Of a stretch of 64,000 nucleotides of DNA, positions 52,139-61,236 are shown piece by piece (within the stretch, counting starts at the first letter, position 1; every line of letters starts with the position of its first letter). The DNA comes from an uncultured delta proteobacterium. Its GTDB lineage: Bacteria > Desulfobacterota > Binatia > UBA9968. Made by a program: the position numbers and the translations under genes. The notes below the pieces were generated by a model, which worked only from the letters and a program-made list of their open reading frames with translations, did not search any database and had not been told where the DNA came from. The stretch is from NCBI GenBank assembly GCA_963847445.1, contig CAWJZV010000009.1, positions 1-64,000 on the forward strand, in the 5' to 3' direction.

Positions 52139-53065
52139 ATGGCAGAACTAATCAAAATCAAAGCGGGCTTCGCCACCATCGGCCAAGGCGCAGGGCCGAT
52201 GATGGTCACCTGGAAAGCCGGATTGTTTCGCAAGCATGGCCTCGATGTCGACCGGCCGCCGGTGATGGGCAGCGCCAAGGGCGTCGTGCGCGGCTTGATG
52301 TCGGGAGATATCCAGTTTGGCAACCTGGCGGCGCCAGCGCCGCTGCGAGCCAATCTCAAAGGCGAAGCCGATGTGGTTTTCCTCACCGGCGGCATCAATC
52401 AGCAATTTCTAGTCGGCCGCCCAGGCATCAATAGCCGAGAAGAGCTGTCCGGCAGGAAAATCGGCACGGTCAATGACGGCGGCATCGGCGACGCGCTGGT
52501 GAAGTTCGTTGTCGCCAAACTCGACGCCGCCGGCGTCAAAGGCCTGCAACAAGTGACCATCGGCCATGGCGCCGAGGCAGAAATGGCAGCTTTGCTCAGC
52601 GGCACGGTCGATGTCGTCGTCGGCACACCGCCGGAATGCATCGACTCCATCCGCCATGGCTGCAAGTACCTGATCGATTTTGCCGAATACGGGCTCAACT
52701 ATGCCCTGGGCGGTATCGCCGGACGGCGCGATTATATAGAGAAAAATCCCGAGATCACCCGGCAGTTCGTCAAAGCCTATGTCGAAGGCATGCACCGCTA
52801 TCGCACCGACCGAGAATTCACCGTCGATGTCCAGGCCGACTACAGCGGCATCGCCGACCGCACCATCGCCGAAGAAACCTACGACCTCACCCAACCCGGC
52901 ATGCCGCGCGCTCCCTACCCGGTGGTCGCCTCACTGCAAACCCTGCTTGATTTCATGGCCAAGGAATTACCCGAAGCCCGCGGCGCCGACGCCAGGAAAT
53001 TCGTCGACGACCGCTTTATCCGGGAACTGGAAGACAACGGCTTCATCGCTTCTTTAGGGAGGTAA
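52139..53065 (+). CDS. NMT1/SsuA-like substrate-binding-fold protein without obvious signal peptide
   Basis: GLFRKHGLDV, LSGRKIG, YIEKNPE...FVKAY, FVDDRFIRELE. Confidence 0.8.
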   Translation: MAELIKIKAGFATIGQGAGPMMVTWKAGLFRKHGLDVDRPPVMGSAKGVVRGLMSGDIQFGNLAAPAPLRANLKGEADVVFLTGGINQQFLVGRPGINSREELSGRKIGTVNDGGIGDALVKFVVAKLDAAGVKGLQQVTIGHGAEAEMAALLSGTVDVVVGTPPECIDSIRHGCKYLIDFAEYGLNYALGGIAGRRDYIEKNPEITRQFVKAYVEGMHRYRTDREFTVDVQADYSGIADRTIAEETYDLTQPGMPRAPYPVVASLQTLLDFMAKELPEARGADARKFVDDRFIRELEDNGFIASLGR

Positions 53066-53071
53066 TTCCAG

Positions 53072-54076
53072 ATGGCCAAGCTCAGCTTGAGTTTCGTTAC
53101 TTTGTTGTGGCTGGCGGTCTCGGCAGCAAACATCAGCGCCGCAACCAACGATGGCTTGATCGACGCCGCCAAGCGCGAGGGCGAGCTGGTCTACTACGCG
53201 TCGATGAACCTCGCCGAAGCCAACGCGATCATCGGCGAATTCGAGAAGCGTTATCCATTCATTAAGGTAAGACTGCACCGCACCGGCAGCGAAAAGCTGC
53301 TGACCCGAGTATTGACCGAGTACCGCGCTAAAAAAATCTTCGCCGACGTCATTCAAACCGTTGAGTTCAGCATGCATATTTTCAATCGCACCGGCGTCCT
53401 GGCGCGCTACCTGCCGCAATCGAACGCTTGGTATTCGAAAGACTTCAAGGAAGAAGGGTTTTGGACGACCGTCTATTACAACGCCTACGTGACCGCCTAC
53501 AACACCCGCCTGGTGCCGGCGCGCCAGTTGGCGAAATCCTATGACGACCTGCTCGATAGTAAATGGAAGGGCAAGCTCTTGATGGAGGGCACCAAGGCCG
53601 ATTGGTTCGCCGGCATGTTGCAAATTCTTGGACCGGAGCGCGGCCTCAAATACATGCGCGAACTCGCCAAACAGCAGCCGAGCCCGCGTGAAGGCCATGA
53701 GCTCTTGGCGCAATTGGTCGTCGCCGGCGAAGGTGTTTACGATGTCAATATTCCCGTGTCATCGGTGGAGCGCATGAAAGAGCGCGGCGCGCCCATCGAT
53801 TGGATTGCGCTGGGCCCGGTGCCGGCGATCATGGTCGGCGCCGGCATCGCGACTGGCGCGCCCCACCCCAACGCCGCCAAATTATTTTTAGAATTCGTCC
53901 TGTCGCGCGATGGACAGAAGCTCATGCAGACCCCCGGCCGCCATATCGCCCGCGGCGACCTCGCCAACGAGCAAGCGGCGATGCTTAAAGATCTGAAAAT
54001 CGTCCCAGTCAATCCCGCGCTGGCGGAAAAGCTCGACGAGTACGCCAAGCAGATGCGGACAATCTTCGGCGGCTAA
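53072..54076 (+). CDS. extracellular solute-binding protein (Fe3+/AfuA-like)
   Basis: Signal peptide, AAKREGELVYY, APHPNAAKLFLEF. Confidence 0.85.
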   Translation: MAKLSLSFVTLLWLAVSAANISAATNDGLIDAAKREGELVYYASMNLAEANAIIGEFEKRYPFIKVRLHRTGSEKLLTRVLTEYRAKKIFADVIQTVEFSMHIFNRTGVLARYLPQSNAWYSKDFKEEGFWTTVYYNAYVTAYNTRLVPARQLAKSYDDLLDSKWKGKLLMEGTKADWFAGMLQILGPERGLKYMRELAKQQPSPREGHELLAQLVVAGEGVYDVNIPVSSVERMKERGAPIDWIALGPVPAIMVGAGIATGAPHPNAAKLFLEFVLSRDGQKLMQTPGRHIARGDLANEQAAMLKDLKIVPVNPALAEKLDEYAKQMRTIFGG

Positions 54077-54091
54077 CGATGCTTTGTTGTA

Positions 54092-54120
54092 TTGGTCCTA
54101 TCAGTCTTATAGGTCCTATT
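54092..54120. repeat. degenerate 9-bp tandem repeat
   Basis: TGGTCCTAT-CAGTCTTAT-AGGTCCTAT. Confidence 0.55.
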
Positions 54121-54142
54121 CTTAGTCACAAAGGAGAAAATC

Positions 54143-54916
54143 ATGCGTTTCATGTTTTTAAACCACTCGGCGCAGCATCACTCCGCCGAGCTCGAAGTCC
54201 ATATCGCCAAGCTGCTCAAAAGTTACGCCTCGCCCGACACCACTTTTGAGCTCGCCTACCCGGAAGATCTCGGCAGCGGCGCCGTGTTGAGACTGCTCGA
54301 AGAGCGCAAAGCGCTCTCCGGCCTGCATCATATTTTGGAAACCCCGGCGCTGGTGAAGAAAGCCATCGAAGCCGAGCGCCAGGGTTTCGACGCGGTGATT
54401 CAGAGCAATACCTTCGATCCCGGCGTTGAGGCGAGCCGGCTGGCGGTGCGCATCCCGGTGATCGGCCTGTTGCGCGCGTCGTTGCATTTCGCCGCCAGCA
54501 TTTGCGACCGCTTCGGGCTCATCGTGCCGTTGGAAACCCATATGCCGCACACCATGCGCATGGTGCAGACCTATGGCATGACGCCGTTCGTCAGCGGTAT
54601 CCGCACCGTCGGCCTCTACGACACCGGCGATCTGTCGGGTTATCACGATGTCGTCATCGAACGCACTTTGGCGGTGGGCAAAGAGCTGGTAGCCCAAGGC
54701 GCTCAAGCGATCATTCCTTTGGGCGGCAAGATCTACCCCTACGTGGTCACGCCGGAAGAGTTGGAACCCCATCTCGGCGTGCCGGTGATCAACACCAAAG
54801 CGGTGGGCGTTAGTTACGCGGAATTAATGGCGCGCAACAGTATTACGCACAGCATCAAAGCCTATCCCTGCCCCACCGGTCTCGATGCCGATGCGGTATC
54901 CAAGCGTTCGACCTAA
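54143..54916 (+). CDS. Asp/Glu/hydantoin racemase-fold protein
   Basis: AERQGFDAVI..FDPGVEA.R..IPVIG, GAQAII, LGVPVI. Confidence 0.8.
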   Translation: MRFMFLNHSAQHHSAELEVHIAKLLKSYASPDTTFELAYPEDLGSGAVLRLLEERKALSGLHHILETPALVKKAIEAERQGFDAVIQSNTFDPGVEASRLAVRIPVIGLLRASLHFAASICDRFGLIVPLETHMPHTMRMVQTYGMTPFVSGIRTVGLYDTGDLSGYHDVVIERTLAVGKELVAQGAQAIIPLGGKIYPYVVTPEELEPHLGVPVINTKAVGVSYAELMARNSITHSIKAYPCPTGLDADAVSKRST

Positions 54917-54970
54917 CCACTGCGGCAGTGAGTTGCAATGGCTTGAGGCAATCACTATGAGTTAAATCTA

Positions 54971-55089
54971 ATATTCCCCGCAGCTTGCTGCGGGCACAAA
55001 ATTGCTGGGGTTTCCAAAGGGGGTTGAACATCCCCTTTGGTCGCGAGCGGGGTTCATACCCCGATCGCGAAATGCCCGGTTGATTTGAA
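54971..55089. repeat. ~118-bp multi-hairpin dispersed element, copy 3
   Basis: CCCGCAGC-TT-GCTGCGGG; CCAAAGGGG-loop-CCCCTTTGG; TCGCGAGCGGGGT-TCAT-ACCCCGATCGCGA. Confidence 0.9.
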
Positions 55090-55114
55090 TTTCACCTGAG
55101 GAGACCCATAGGCA

Positions 55115-56209
55115 ATGATTATCGATGGCGACGGACATTTCTTTGAAACCGAAGAGATCTTCGACAAGTATATGGAGCCGGCTTTGCGCAATTTCCGGCC
55201 GCGTCTTTTGGGCGATGAACAAGGCCACAACTTTTGGGTGGTCGACGGCCAGACTTCTTACAAACGGCCGACCATCAAAGGCGCCGGCGCGCCGGGAACC
55301 GCCGCCCCTCCGGGAAAAGCCTTGCAGTCGGCACGCCGCGCATCGCCGGGCAGCCAGACGCTGAACAATTTAAAGGAGCGTTTGAACGATCTCGATCGCG
55401 AAAAAATCGACTTGCAGTTCATCTATCCAAGCTTTTTGCTCCATGCCAATGCCTGGCCCGACGGCATTTTAGCTAACGGCATCTGCCGTGCCTACAACAC
55501 TTGGCTTAACGAAGCATGCAACCGAGCACCCGACCGTTTGCAGGCGGTCGGCGTGGTGTCGTTGCTCGATCCCCAGGGCGCCGCCAAAGAAATCACCCGG
55601 CTGAGCGACATGGGCGTCAAAGCGGTGATGATCAACGGCACCGCCGGCGCCAGGCGTTTGGATCATCCCGACCATGATGTCTTCTTCGCCGAGTGCGACC
55701 GGGTCAAGATGCCCATCGCCGTTCATTTCAGCTTGCAGTTCCCCTTCGTCGACACATTGTTCGAGCACCATTTTCCCAACCGCGTGCTCGCCGGCATCTT
55801 TCCGATCATGGCCGGCTTGACCAGCGTGTTGTGTTCCGGTCTGTTGGATCGCTATAAGAACTTAAAATTCGCCTTTCTCGAAGGCGGCATCAGCTGGGTG
55901 CCGGCCCATGTCGAGCGCATGGACGATCATTTTGACAACCCGCGCTATGGCGCCAAGGATCTCATCAGCCATCCGCCCAGCGAGTATTTAAAAACCGGCA
56001 GGATTTTCTTCGGCTGCGAGGGCAACGAAGCAACGCTGGCAAAGATCGTCGGCGAAGTCGGCGACGATCTATTCATGTTCTCCTCCGACTATCCCCATGC
56101 CGACCGCACCGAGGGCACGGCGACCATTCTCAAGGATCGCAGCGATATCGCCGCTCCGGTGCGCAAGAAACTCTTGGAAGACAACGCGCGGCAATTTTAC
56201 GGCGTGTAA
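55115..56209 (+). CDS. amidohydrolase (Amidohydro_2) family protein
   Basis: IDGDGH, RAYNTW, FLEGGISW, FSSDYPHAD. Confidence 0.9.
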   Translation: MIIDGDGHFFETEEIFDKYMEPALRNFRPRLLGDEQGHNFWVVDGQTSYKRPTIKGAGAPGTAAPPGKALQSARRASPGSQTLNNLKERLNDLDREKIDLQFIYPSFLLHANAWPDGILANGICRAYNTWLNEACNRAPDRLQAVGVVSLLDPQGAAKEITRLSDMGVKAVMINGTAGARRLDHPDHDVFFAECDRVKMPIAVHFSLQFPFVDTLFEHHFPNRVLAGIFPIMAGLTSVLCSGLLDRYKNLKFAFLEGGISWVPAHVERMDDHFDNPRYGAKDLISHPPSEYLKTGRIFFGCEGNEATLAKIVGEVGDDLFMFSSDYPHADRTEGTATILKDRSDIAAPVRKKLLEDNARQFYGV

Positions 56210-56255
56210 ATCGGCATCCAAAAAGCGCGACTTTCGAGCCATTGAACGACCGTAG

Positions 56256-56292
56256 CAAAGGGGTAATCGACGCTGTCGATTACCCCTTTTTT
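56256..56292 (+). terminator. intrinsic terminator
   Basis: AAAGGGGTAATCGAC-GCT-GTCGATTACCCCTTT plus T-run. Confidence 0.85.
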
Positions 56293-56434
56293 GCGTCCAA
56301 CGCGATCATCGCGATGAATTTCGACTCACTACCCGCTCCCTGCCTAGCTTGATTTATCCTCTGCCAATACGATAAAATTTTAACGCGTGAATGAGGTAAA
56401 CCCAGGTTTGCGGTGTTGATAAGGAGGAGTGGAG

Positions 56435-56617
56435 ATGGATCTGCCGAAATGTCAGAAATGCAACAATGGGGTGTTAATACCGCTGTCGGACTACGGGCAA
56501 GAGGGCGCCTCAGTGATGTACAAAGCCTGGGCTTGTACCAACCCCGACTGTGGATTTTCCTTGCGTATCGACAAAGGCGAGGTTACCTACGGCAAGAAGA
56601 TCGAGCACAAACATTGA
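56435..56617 (+). CDS. small zinc-ribbon protein (~60 aa)
   Basis: CQKC...WACTNPDCGF; strong AGGAGGAG RBS; TTGATT-18-TAAAAT upstream. Confidence 0.75.
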   Translation: MDLPKCQKCNNGVLIPLSDYGQEGASVMYKAWACTNPDCGFSLRIDKGEVTYGKKIEHKH

Positions 56618-56686
56618 GCTGGCGAAGCCGGTAAATCTCGCCCTAGCGCGCGGTTAACCGAGTTAAGCGAGTTTGGACGGACACCC

Positions 56687-56723
56687 CAATACTCCATCAT
56701 TTCAATACTCCAACACACCATTC
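56687..56723. repeat. degenerate 8-bp tandem repeat
   Basis: CAATACTC-CATCATTT-CAATACTC-CAACACAC-CATTC. Confidence 0.55.
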
Positions 56724-57380
56724 TTACCCAGGCATGCTCTGATTGAAGCTCTGAATCGCCCGGCCAAACAGCTCACAACCGGTTTTCAATGCGACCAGAC
56801 ATTTCCGCTGCGACTCGGCACCGGTGGCGTAGCGTTTGAGAATCTCCGGCGCGATCCATTCATGGCCTTCTTCCTCGGCCAGCAAGACATCGCGGTAGAT
56901 CGCCGCGGTGGTCGGATCGATGGCGCCGACCCGCTCGATAAACGACTTCGAGGTCCGGGGAAAAAACTCTTCGTGGCCGAACTGCACGCTGGCGATCAGC
57001 TCGCACAACGAACCCAAGCCGGCATGAAAGTCCCACAGCTCCTTCAACTCCGCCAGCGGACTATTCCACAAGCTATCGGGATCGCCCTTGAGGTCGCTTA
57101 TGCGCTGGCGCAGGATCGAGGTATGTTTCAGTTCGTTGACGACATACTCGGACATCGGCTGTTGCAGGTCGAGATCGGGGATCTTGCTCACCCAAGGCGC
57201 GGTGACTTCGGCAGCTTTCCGTTCCATGACCACGCCGAACTGCAAGCGCCGCAGCACGATCGCCGGGGTCAATGGCTTCTCCGCGCCGTAGCTTTTGCGC
57301 TCGGCATTCATCTTTTCCCAGAAGGCCTCACGAGCAGCGATCAATTGCTGCAAAAACTCATCGGGCTGTAGCGCTTCCAT
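56724..57380 (-). CDS. ferritin-like diiron four-helix protein
   Basis: E..NELKH and EE...EEEGH paired ExxH motifs; GGAGG RBS. Confidence 0.7.
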   Translation of the reverse strand: MEALQPDEFLQQLIAAREAFWEKMNAERKSYGAEKPLTPAIVLRRLQFGVVMERKAAEVTAPWVSKIPDLDLQQPMSEYVVNELKHTSILRQRISDLKGDPDSLWNSPLAELKELWDFHAGLGSLCELIASVQFGHEEFFPRTSKSFIERVGAIDPTTAAIYRDVLLAEEEGHEWIAPEILKRYATGAESQRKCLVALKTGCELFGRAIQSFNQSMPG

Positions 57381-57506
57381 GATTCCTCCGCCGGTGGACT
57401 TTACAATGATTGACTCCGCCGATCATTTAGGTTTTAACAATACAAGAAATCTAGCCCTAGTGAAAGCTGCTCGATCTAGCCTAACCGCTCATAATTTAAG
57501 ACTTTA

Positions 57507-58250
57507 ATGGACTCCGGCCAAGCCAAAATCTACGTCGACGATCTTTACGATCAAGTGCATCGCCACTGGCAAAAGCGCATTCACAACGGCGAGTTCATGA
57601 CACGCCTGCGTGACGGCACGCTGCCGCTGCCCTGTCTGCGGCGCTTTTTCAAAGACTGGGGGCTGTTCTCCATCGAGGTGGTCGCCCTCAACGCGGTGTC
57701 ATACTACGTTCATCTGCCCTTCTTCGTGGAAAATTTCGATTTGCTGGCACCGCTTTGCGACAAGGTCGCCGAAGAACTGATCTCACCCAAGCCGCCCGGC
57801 CATATCTTGATCCTGCTGGAAACCGCCAACGCATTGGGCTTAAGCAAGGAAGAATTGTTCGAGCAACCGGCATCGGCGCCGGGGCGCGCCATCAGCGATT
57901 ACTGCCGGCGGGTGTTTCAAGACGGCTCGATCATTGAGCTGTGGGGCGCCCATGTATACGAAGAAACCCTCGGCCACTGGTCGCAGCAATGGAGCCAGGC
58001 GCTGGTCAGCCATTATGGCATGAGCAAACGCCAGGCGATCTATTTCAACGCCCACGCCGAAGCCGACTTGGTCCAGCATGACGATCACATGGGCCACGGG
58101 CCGCTAAATCGCATGATCCTGCAGCGCATTCTGGAGCAGGGCAAGACAGCCAAAAAATTGGGCTACGATCCTAAATATTGCGCCTTCACCATGGTCGATC
58201 TGCAAGCGCTCATGGAACAGCACGCCTTGGACAATCCCTATCCCGGCGTG
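57507..58250 (+). CDS. heme-oxygenase-like (PqqC/TenA/CADD-type) iron redox protein; 3' end uncertain
   Basis: EEL...GH, YEE, YFNAHAEAD..H; an out-of-frame TGA at 58248-58250 follows NPYP. Confidence 0.68.
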
Positions 58251-58328
58251 ATCGTTAACGCTCTAGGCGAAGCCGATGCTTCGCACTGCGACGAAATTGC
58301 CAATTCAAATATCGGTCGAGGTGCTGTC

Positions 58329-59264
58329 ATGCGCGCAATGATTATTTTCGCGTTCAATTTAATCGTGGCAATATCCTTGCCTACAAACGCGTCCGCACAA
58401 CTACCCGGCAAATGGGATACTCGCGCGCCGATGCCGTCGGCGCGCAGCGAGGTCGCCGCGGCGGAGATCGCCGGCAAGATTTACGTCATGGGCGGGTACG
58501 TCAAAGGCGGCAATCTGGTCGAGGCGTACGACCCGGCGGCCAACAGTTGGCGCGGCCGCGCTGCTCTGCCGAAACCGCTGCATCATATCGGCGCCGCCGC
58601 CCTCAACGGCAAAATCTATGTGATCGGCGGCTATATTTCCGGCACCGGTTCGGTGGGTACCGTTTATCAATACGATCCGGCCAAAGATCAGTGGACGACC
58701 AAGAAACCGCTGCCGACCCCGCGGGGCGCCCTCGCCGTCGGCGTTATCTCGGGGAAAATCTACGCCGTCGGCGGCGTCGGTAAGAACGGCCGCAACACAC
58801 CCGCCAACGAGTCCTACGATCCGCTCCAAGACCGTTGGACCAAACACGCACCGATGATCACACAGAGAGACCACCACGCCATCGGCGTCGTCGACGGCAA
58901 GCTCTACGCCATCGCCGGCCGGGTCAACGGCAATCATGATCGCAGCGTCGGCGAAAATGAAGAATACGACCCAGCGAGCAACCGCTGGCGCGCCAGAGCG
59001 CCGATCCCAACCATGCGCAGCGGCATTGTCGCAGCAACCCTCGGCGGAAAAATTTTCGTCTTCGGCGGTGAACACGACCGCCGCAACCGCGCCAACGTCG
59101 AGTCCTACGATCCGGTAAATAACCAGTGGCAAAGCTGGGCGCCCATGCCCACCGCCCGCCACGGCCTCGGCGCCGCCGTCATCGGCAATTCCATCTACGT
59201 CATCGCGGGCGGCCCCCAGCCGGGAACATCGTTCTCGTCGGTAAACGAAGTCCTGACGCCGTGA
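58329..59264 (+). CDS. secreted Kelch-repeat beta-propeller protein
   Basis: GAGG RBS, signal-peptide-like MRAMIIFAFNLIVAISLP, six KIY(V/A)xGG...YDP...W repeats. Confidence 0.85.
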   Translation: MRAMIIFAFNLIVAISLPTNASAQLPGKWDTRAPMPSARSEVAAAEIAGKIYVMGGYVKGGNLVEAYDPAANSWRGRAALPKPLHHIGAAALNGKIYVIGGYISGTGSVGTVYQYDPAKDQWTTKKPLPTPRGALAVGVISGKIYAVGGVGKNGRNTPANESYDPLQDRWTKHAPMITQRDHHAIGVVDGKLYAIAGRVNGNHDRSVGENEEYDPASNRWRARAPIPTMRSGIVAATLGGKIFVFGGEHDRRNRANVESYDPVNNQWQSWAPMPTARHGLGAAVIGNSIYVIAGGPQPGTSFSSVNEVLTP

Positions 59265-59459
59265 GAGGAGCGGATTTAGGCGGCTTGCGACTGCAAGTAA
59301 GACTGGGTTATAAGAAGTCCGTCTCCGGCATTGCAAAAATTCTAAGTATGGCTTTTCACGCGTCTCAGCGCGGTTTCGCAATGAGAAATATCCTCAAGGA
59401 AGACTTGGAATACGACTCGCCCTCAGATCTTAAACAGTAATCAAAGAAATTTATCTCCC

Positions 59460-60356
59460 GTGCAGTGCGAAAGGTGGTTGAAAGTTGTTTCAAACCTGCG
59501 CGTTGATCGCAAAGGATCCATCGCGCCTCACAAACCGTTGCTGTTATTGGTGCTGGCCGAAATCGCCGAGCAAGGGAAACTAACATCTAAATTTCTTCCT
59601 CTAACCGGCGAACTGGTTTTTCGTTTTCTTGCCTACTGGTCGGTAGTGGCCGAACGGCGACCGCAACGCCCAGACATTCACTTACCCTTTTACCACATGC
59701 GTAGCGACGGTTGCTGGACACCCTTAGATTTAGCCGGCCAGCCCACGCTTGAACGGCGCCGCGCCGTAGCGGTGAATCTCGACGAAACGTTTTTGGCTTG
59801 TTTGAATGACCCAGACTTTCGGAAGGAGATGCGTCGACTTCTCATTGCGAAATATTTTAGGGACTTTGCCGAACGCGCCGGGTTGTATCAACTTGTCGGC
59901 CTGCCCGTACCGCCAGATCCAATCGTTAGAGAGGACGCCCGACTTTATGAAGCGGCCCGTGAGCGAGGCCGTGAAGCCCGATTTCGCTTGACCGTGGTCC
60001 CCGCATATTATTACACCTGCGCGCTTACTCGGTATCGCCTCGTGACTGTGGATAGTGGAAGCATTGTAGAGGCTGCGCATATTCACCAATTTGCAGATAG
60101 CCGAAACAATCATCCTCGCAACGGGATAGCACTTTGCAAAAACGCGCACTGGATGTTTGACGAGGGCCTATGGTCCTTAGACGATGACTACCGTGTGATG
60201 GTAGATAGCAAAAGGTTCGATGAATCAGGTCCCGATGAGTTGCTTTTATCACTCAAGGTAAACACACGAATTCACCTTCCCGCTGATTCAAACTACTGGC
60301 CAGACAAAACCTATTTAACGTGGCATCGCAAACACCACGGTTTTGAGTCCGTATAG
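59460..60356 (+). CDS. SBD-HNH putative phosphorothioate-dependent restriction endonuclease
   Basis: N-terminal APHKPLLLL and PFYHM..DGCW; C-terminal CALT, EAAHI, NGIALCKNAHWMFDEG, YLTWHR. Confidence 0.78.
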   Translation: MQCERWLKVVSNLRVDRKGSIAPHKPLLLLVLAEIAEQGKLTSKFLPLTGELVFRFLAYWSVVAERRPQRPDIHLPFYHMRSDGCWTPLDLAGQPTLERRRAVAVNLDETFLACLNDPDFRKEMRRLLIAKYFRDFAERAGLYQLVGLPVPPDPIVREDARLYEAARERGREARFRLTVVPAYYYTCALTRYRLVTVDSGSIVEAAHIHQFADSRNNHPRNGIALCKNAHWMFDEGLWSLDDDYRVMVDSKRFDESGPDELLLSLKVNTRIHLPADSNYWPDKTYLTWHRKHHGFESV

Positions 60357-60656
60357 TGTTTCTTACCGCAAGATGTCGAATCGCGAACAGTTTGATTAAA
60401 GGCTCGTGTGGATTGGACAGTGACGATTGTGGAGCGTTTATATCACTCAAACAAAGTTCTGGTCCTAATGAAAAGCGAATATTTGACGCGATGCGTTCGC
60501 ATCAGACTCGTCGTTTTGATTACGTGGGCTGGCTCTTTGAGTCAGCGAGGTATGCCGAGCGGATGACGTGCAAATCCTTCCCTGGTCCAGCAGGATAAGC
60601 AGAGCCGTGGATTCAAAGCCGGGGAGGGAGAATACGTCGGCGGCTTTCGCCGGCTG

Positions 60657-60896
60657 CTACCCGGTCATCGAGCGCGCGCAGAGGATTTCGTCTTCGCGGA
60701 GCGGTTCGAGGGCAGTGGCGGCAACGGCAGTGACGGCGATGGTGTCACCGATGGCGTTGAAGACCTCGATGGAATAACCCACCGTGCCATCGGGCGCAAC
60801 GTGGTGATCCACGAGTTTGACGATGTCGCCCCGCTTAAGGCGATGCTCGGGGACGTCGCACGCAAGCACGGCGTCCGTGTATAGTTCCAATTGCAT
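60657..60896 (-). CDS. DUF4926-like small protein
   Basis: DVPEHRLKRGDIVKLVD, GYSIEVFNAIGDTIAV; overlaps the upstream stop. Confidence 0.75.
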   Translation of the reverse strand: MQLELYTDAVLACDVPEHRLKRGDIVKLVDHHVAPDGTVGYSIEVFNAIGDTIAVTAVAATALEPLREDEILCARSMTG

Positions 60897-61228
60897 CACG
60901 TTCTCCGTTTGTCCGGGATTAGTGTAACGAACTTGGTGATGCCCGACAAGTGCTCCGTCATCCAGATCGTGCGCACCACTCGCTTCACACCGTTGGGACC
61001 GCTCAGCGTGCCGCGAATTTCATAGTACTGGCCAAACTTGCCGGATTCCAAACGCGCCGCGTCTAGCGGCAGGATTTGTGTGCGCAGGTCGTGCAGCAAT
61101 TGATCGACGTTCTCCCGTGTGTAGCCGGCGCCAACCAAAAATGCAGACTTGTCGCCGCGCGCTTGCGGCACAAGCAGGTAGCGCGTGAACTTGTCTGTAG
61201 CGATGAACGTGTCCGCTGGCAGTTTCAC
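60896..61228 (-). CDS. DUF6883-like protein (putative toxin)
   Basis: KFTRYLL, DKSAF..AGY, GPNG, VRTIW, KFVTLIP. Confidence 0.7.
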   Translation of the reverse strand: MKLPADTFIATDKFTRYLLVPQARGDKSAFLVGAGYTRENVDQLLHDLRTQILPLDAARLESGKFGQYYEIRGTLSGPNGVKRVVRTIWMTEHLSGITKFVTLIPDKRRT

Positions 61229-61236
61229 AGGGGAGT

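Noticed and set aside
57507-59264. 585-aa HO-like oxidase-Kelch fusion
   Set aside because: Internal RBS plus signal peptide at 58329 and an out-of-frame TGA right after the first domain; most likely two genes joined by an indel error
60356-60656. Short ORFs downstream of the HNH gene
   Set aside because: No motifs or RBS; cannot be supported from sequence alone
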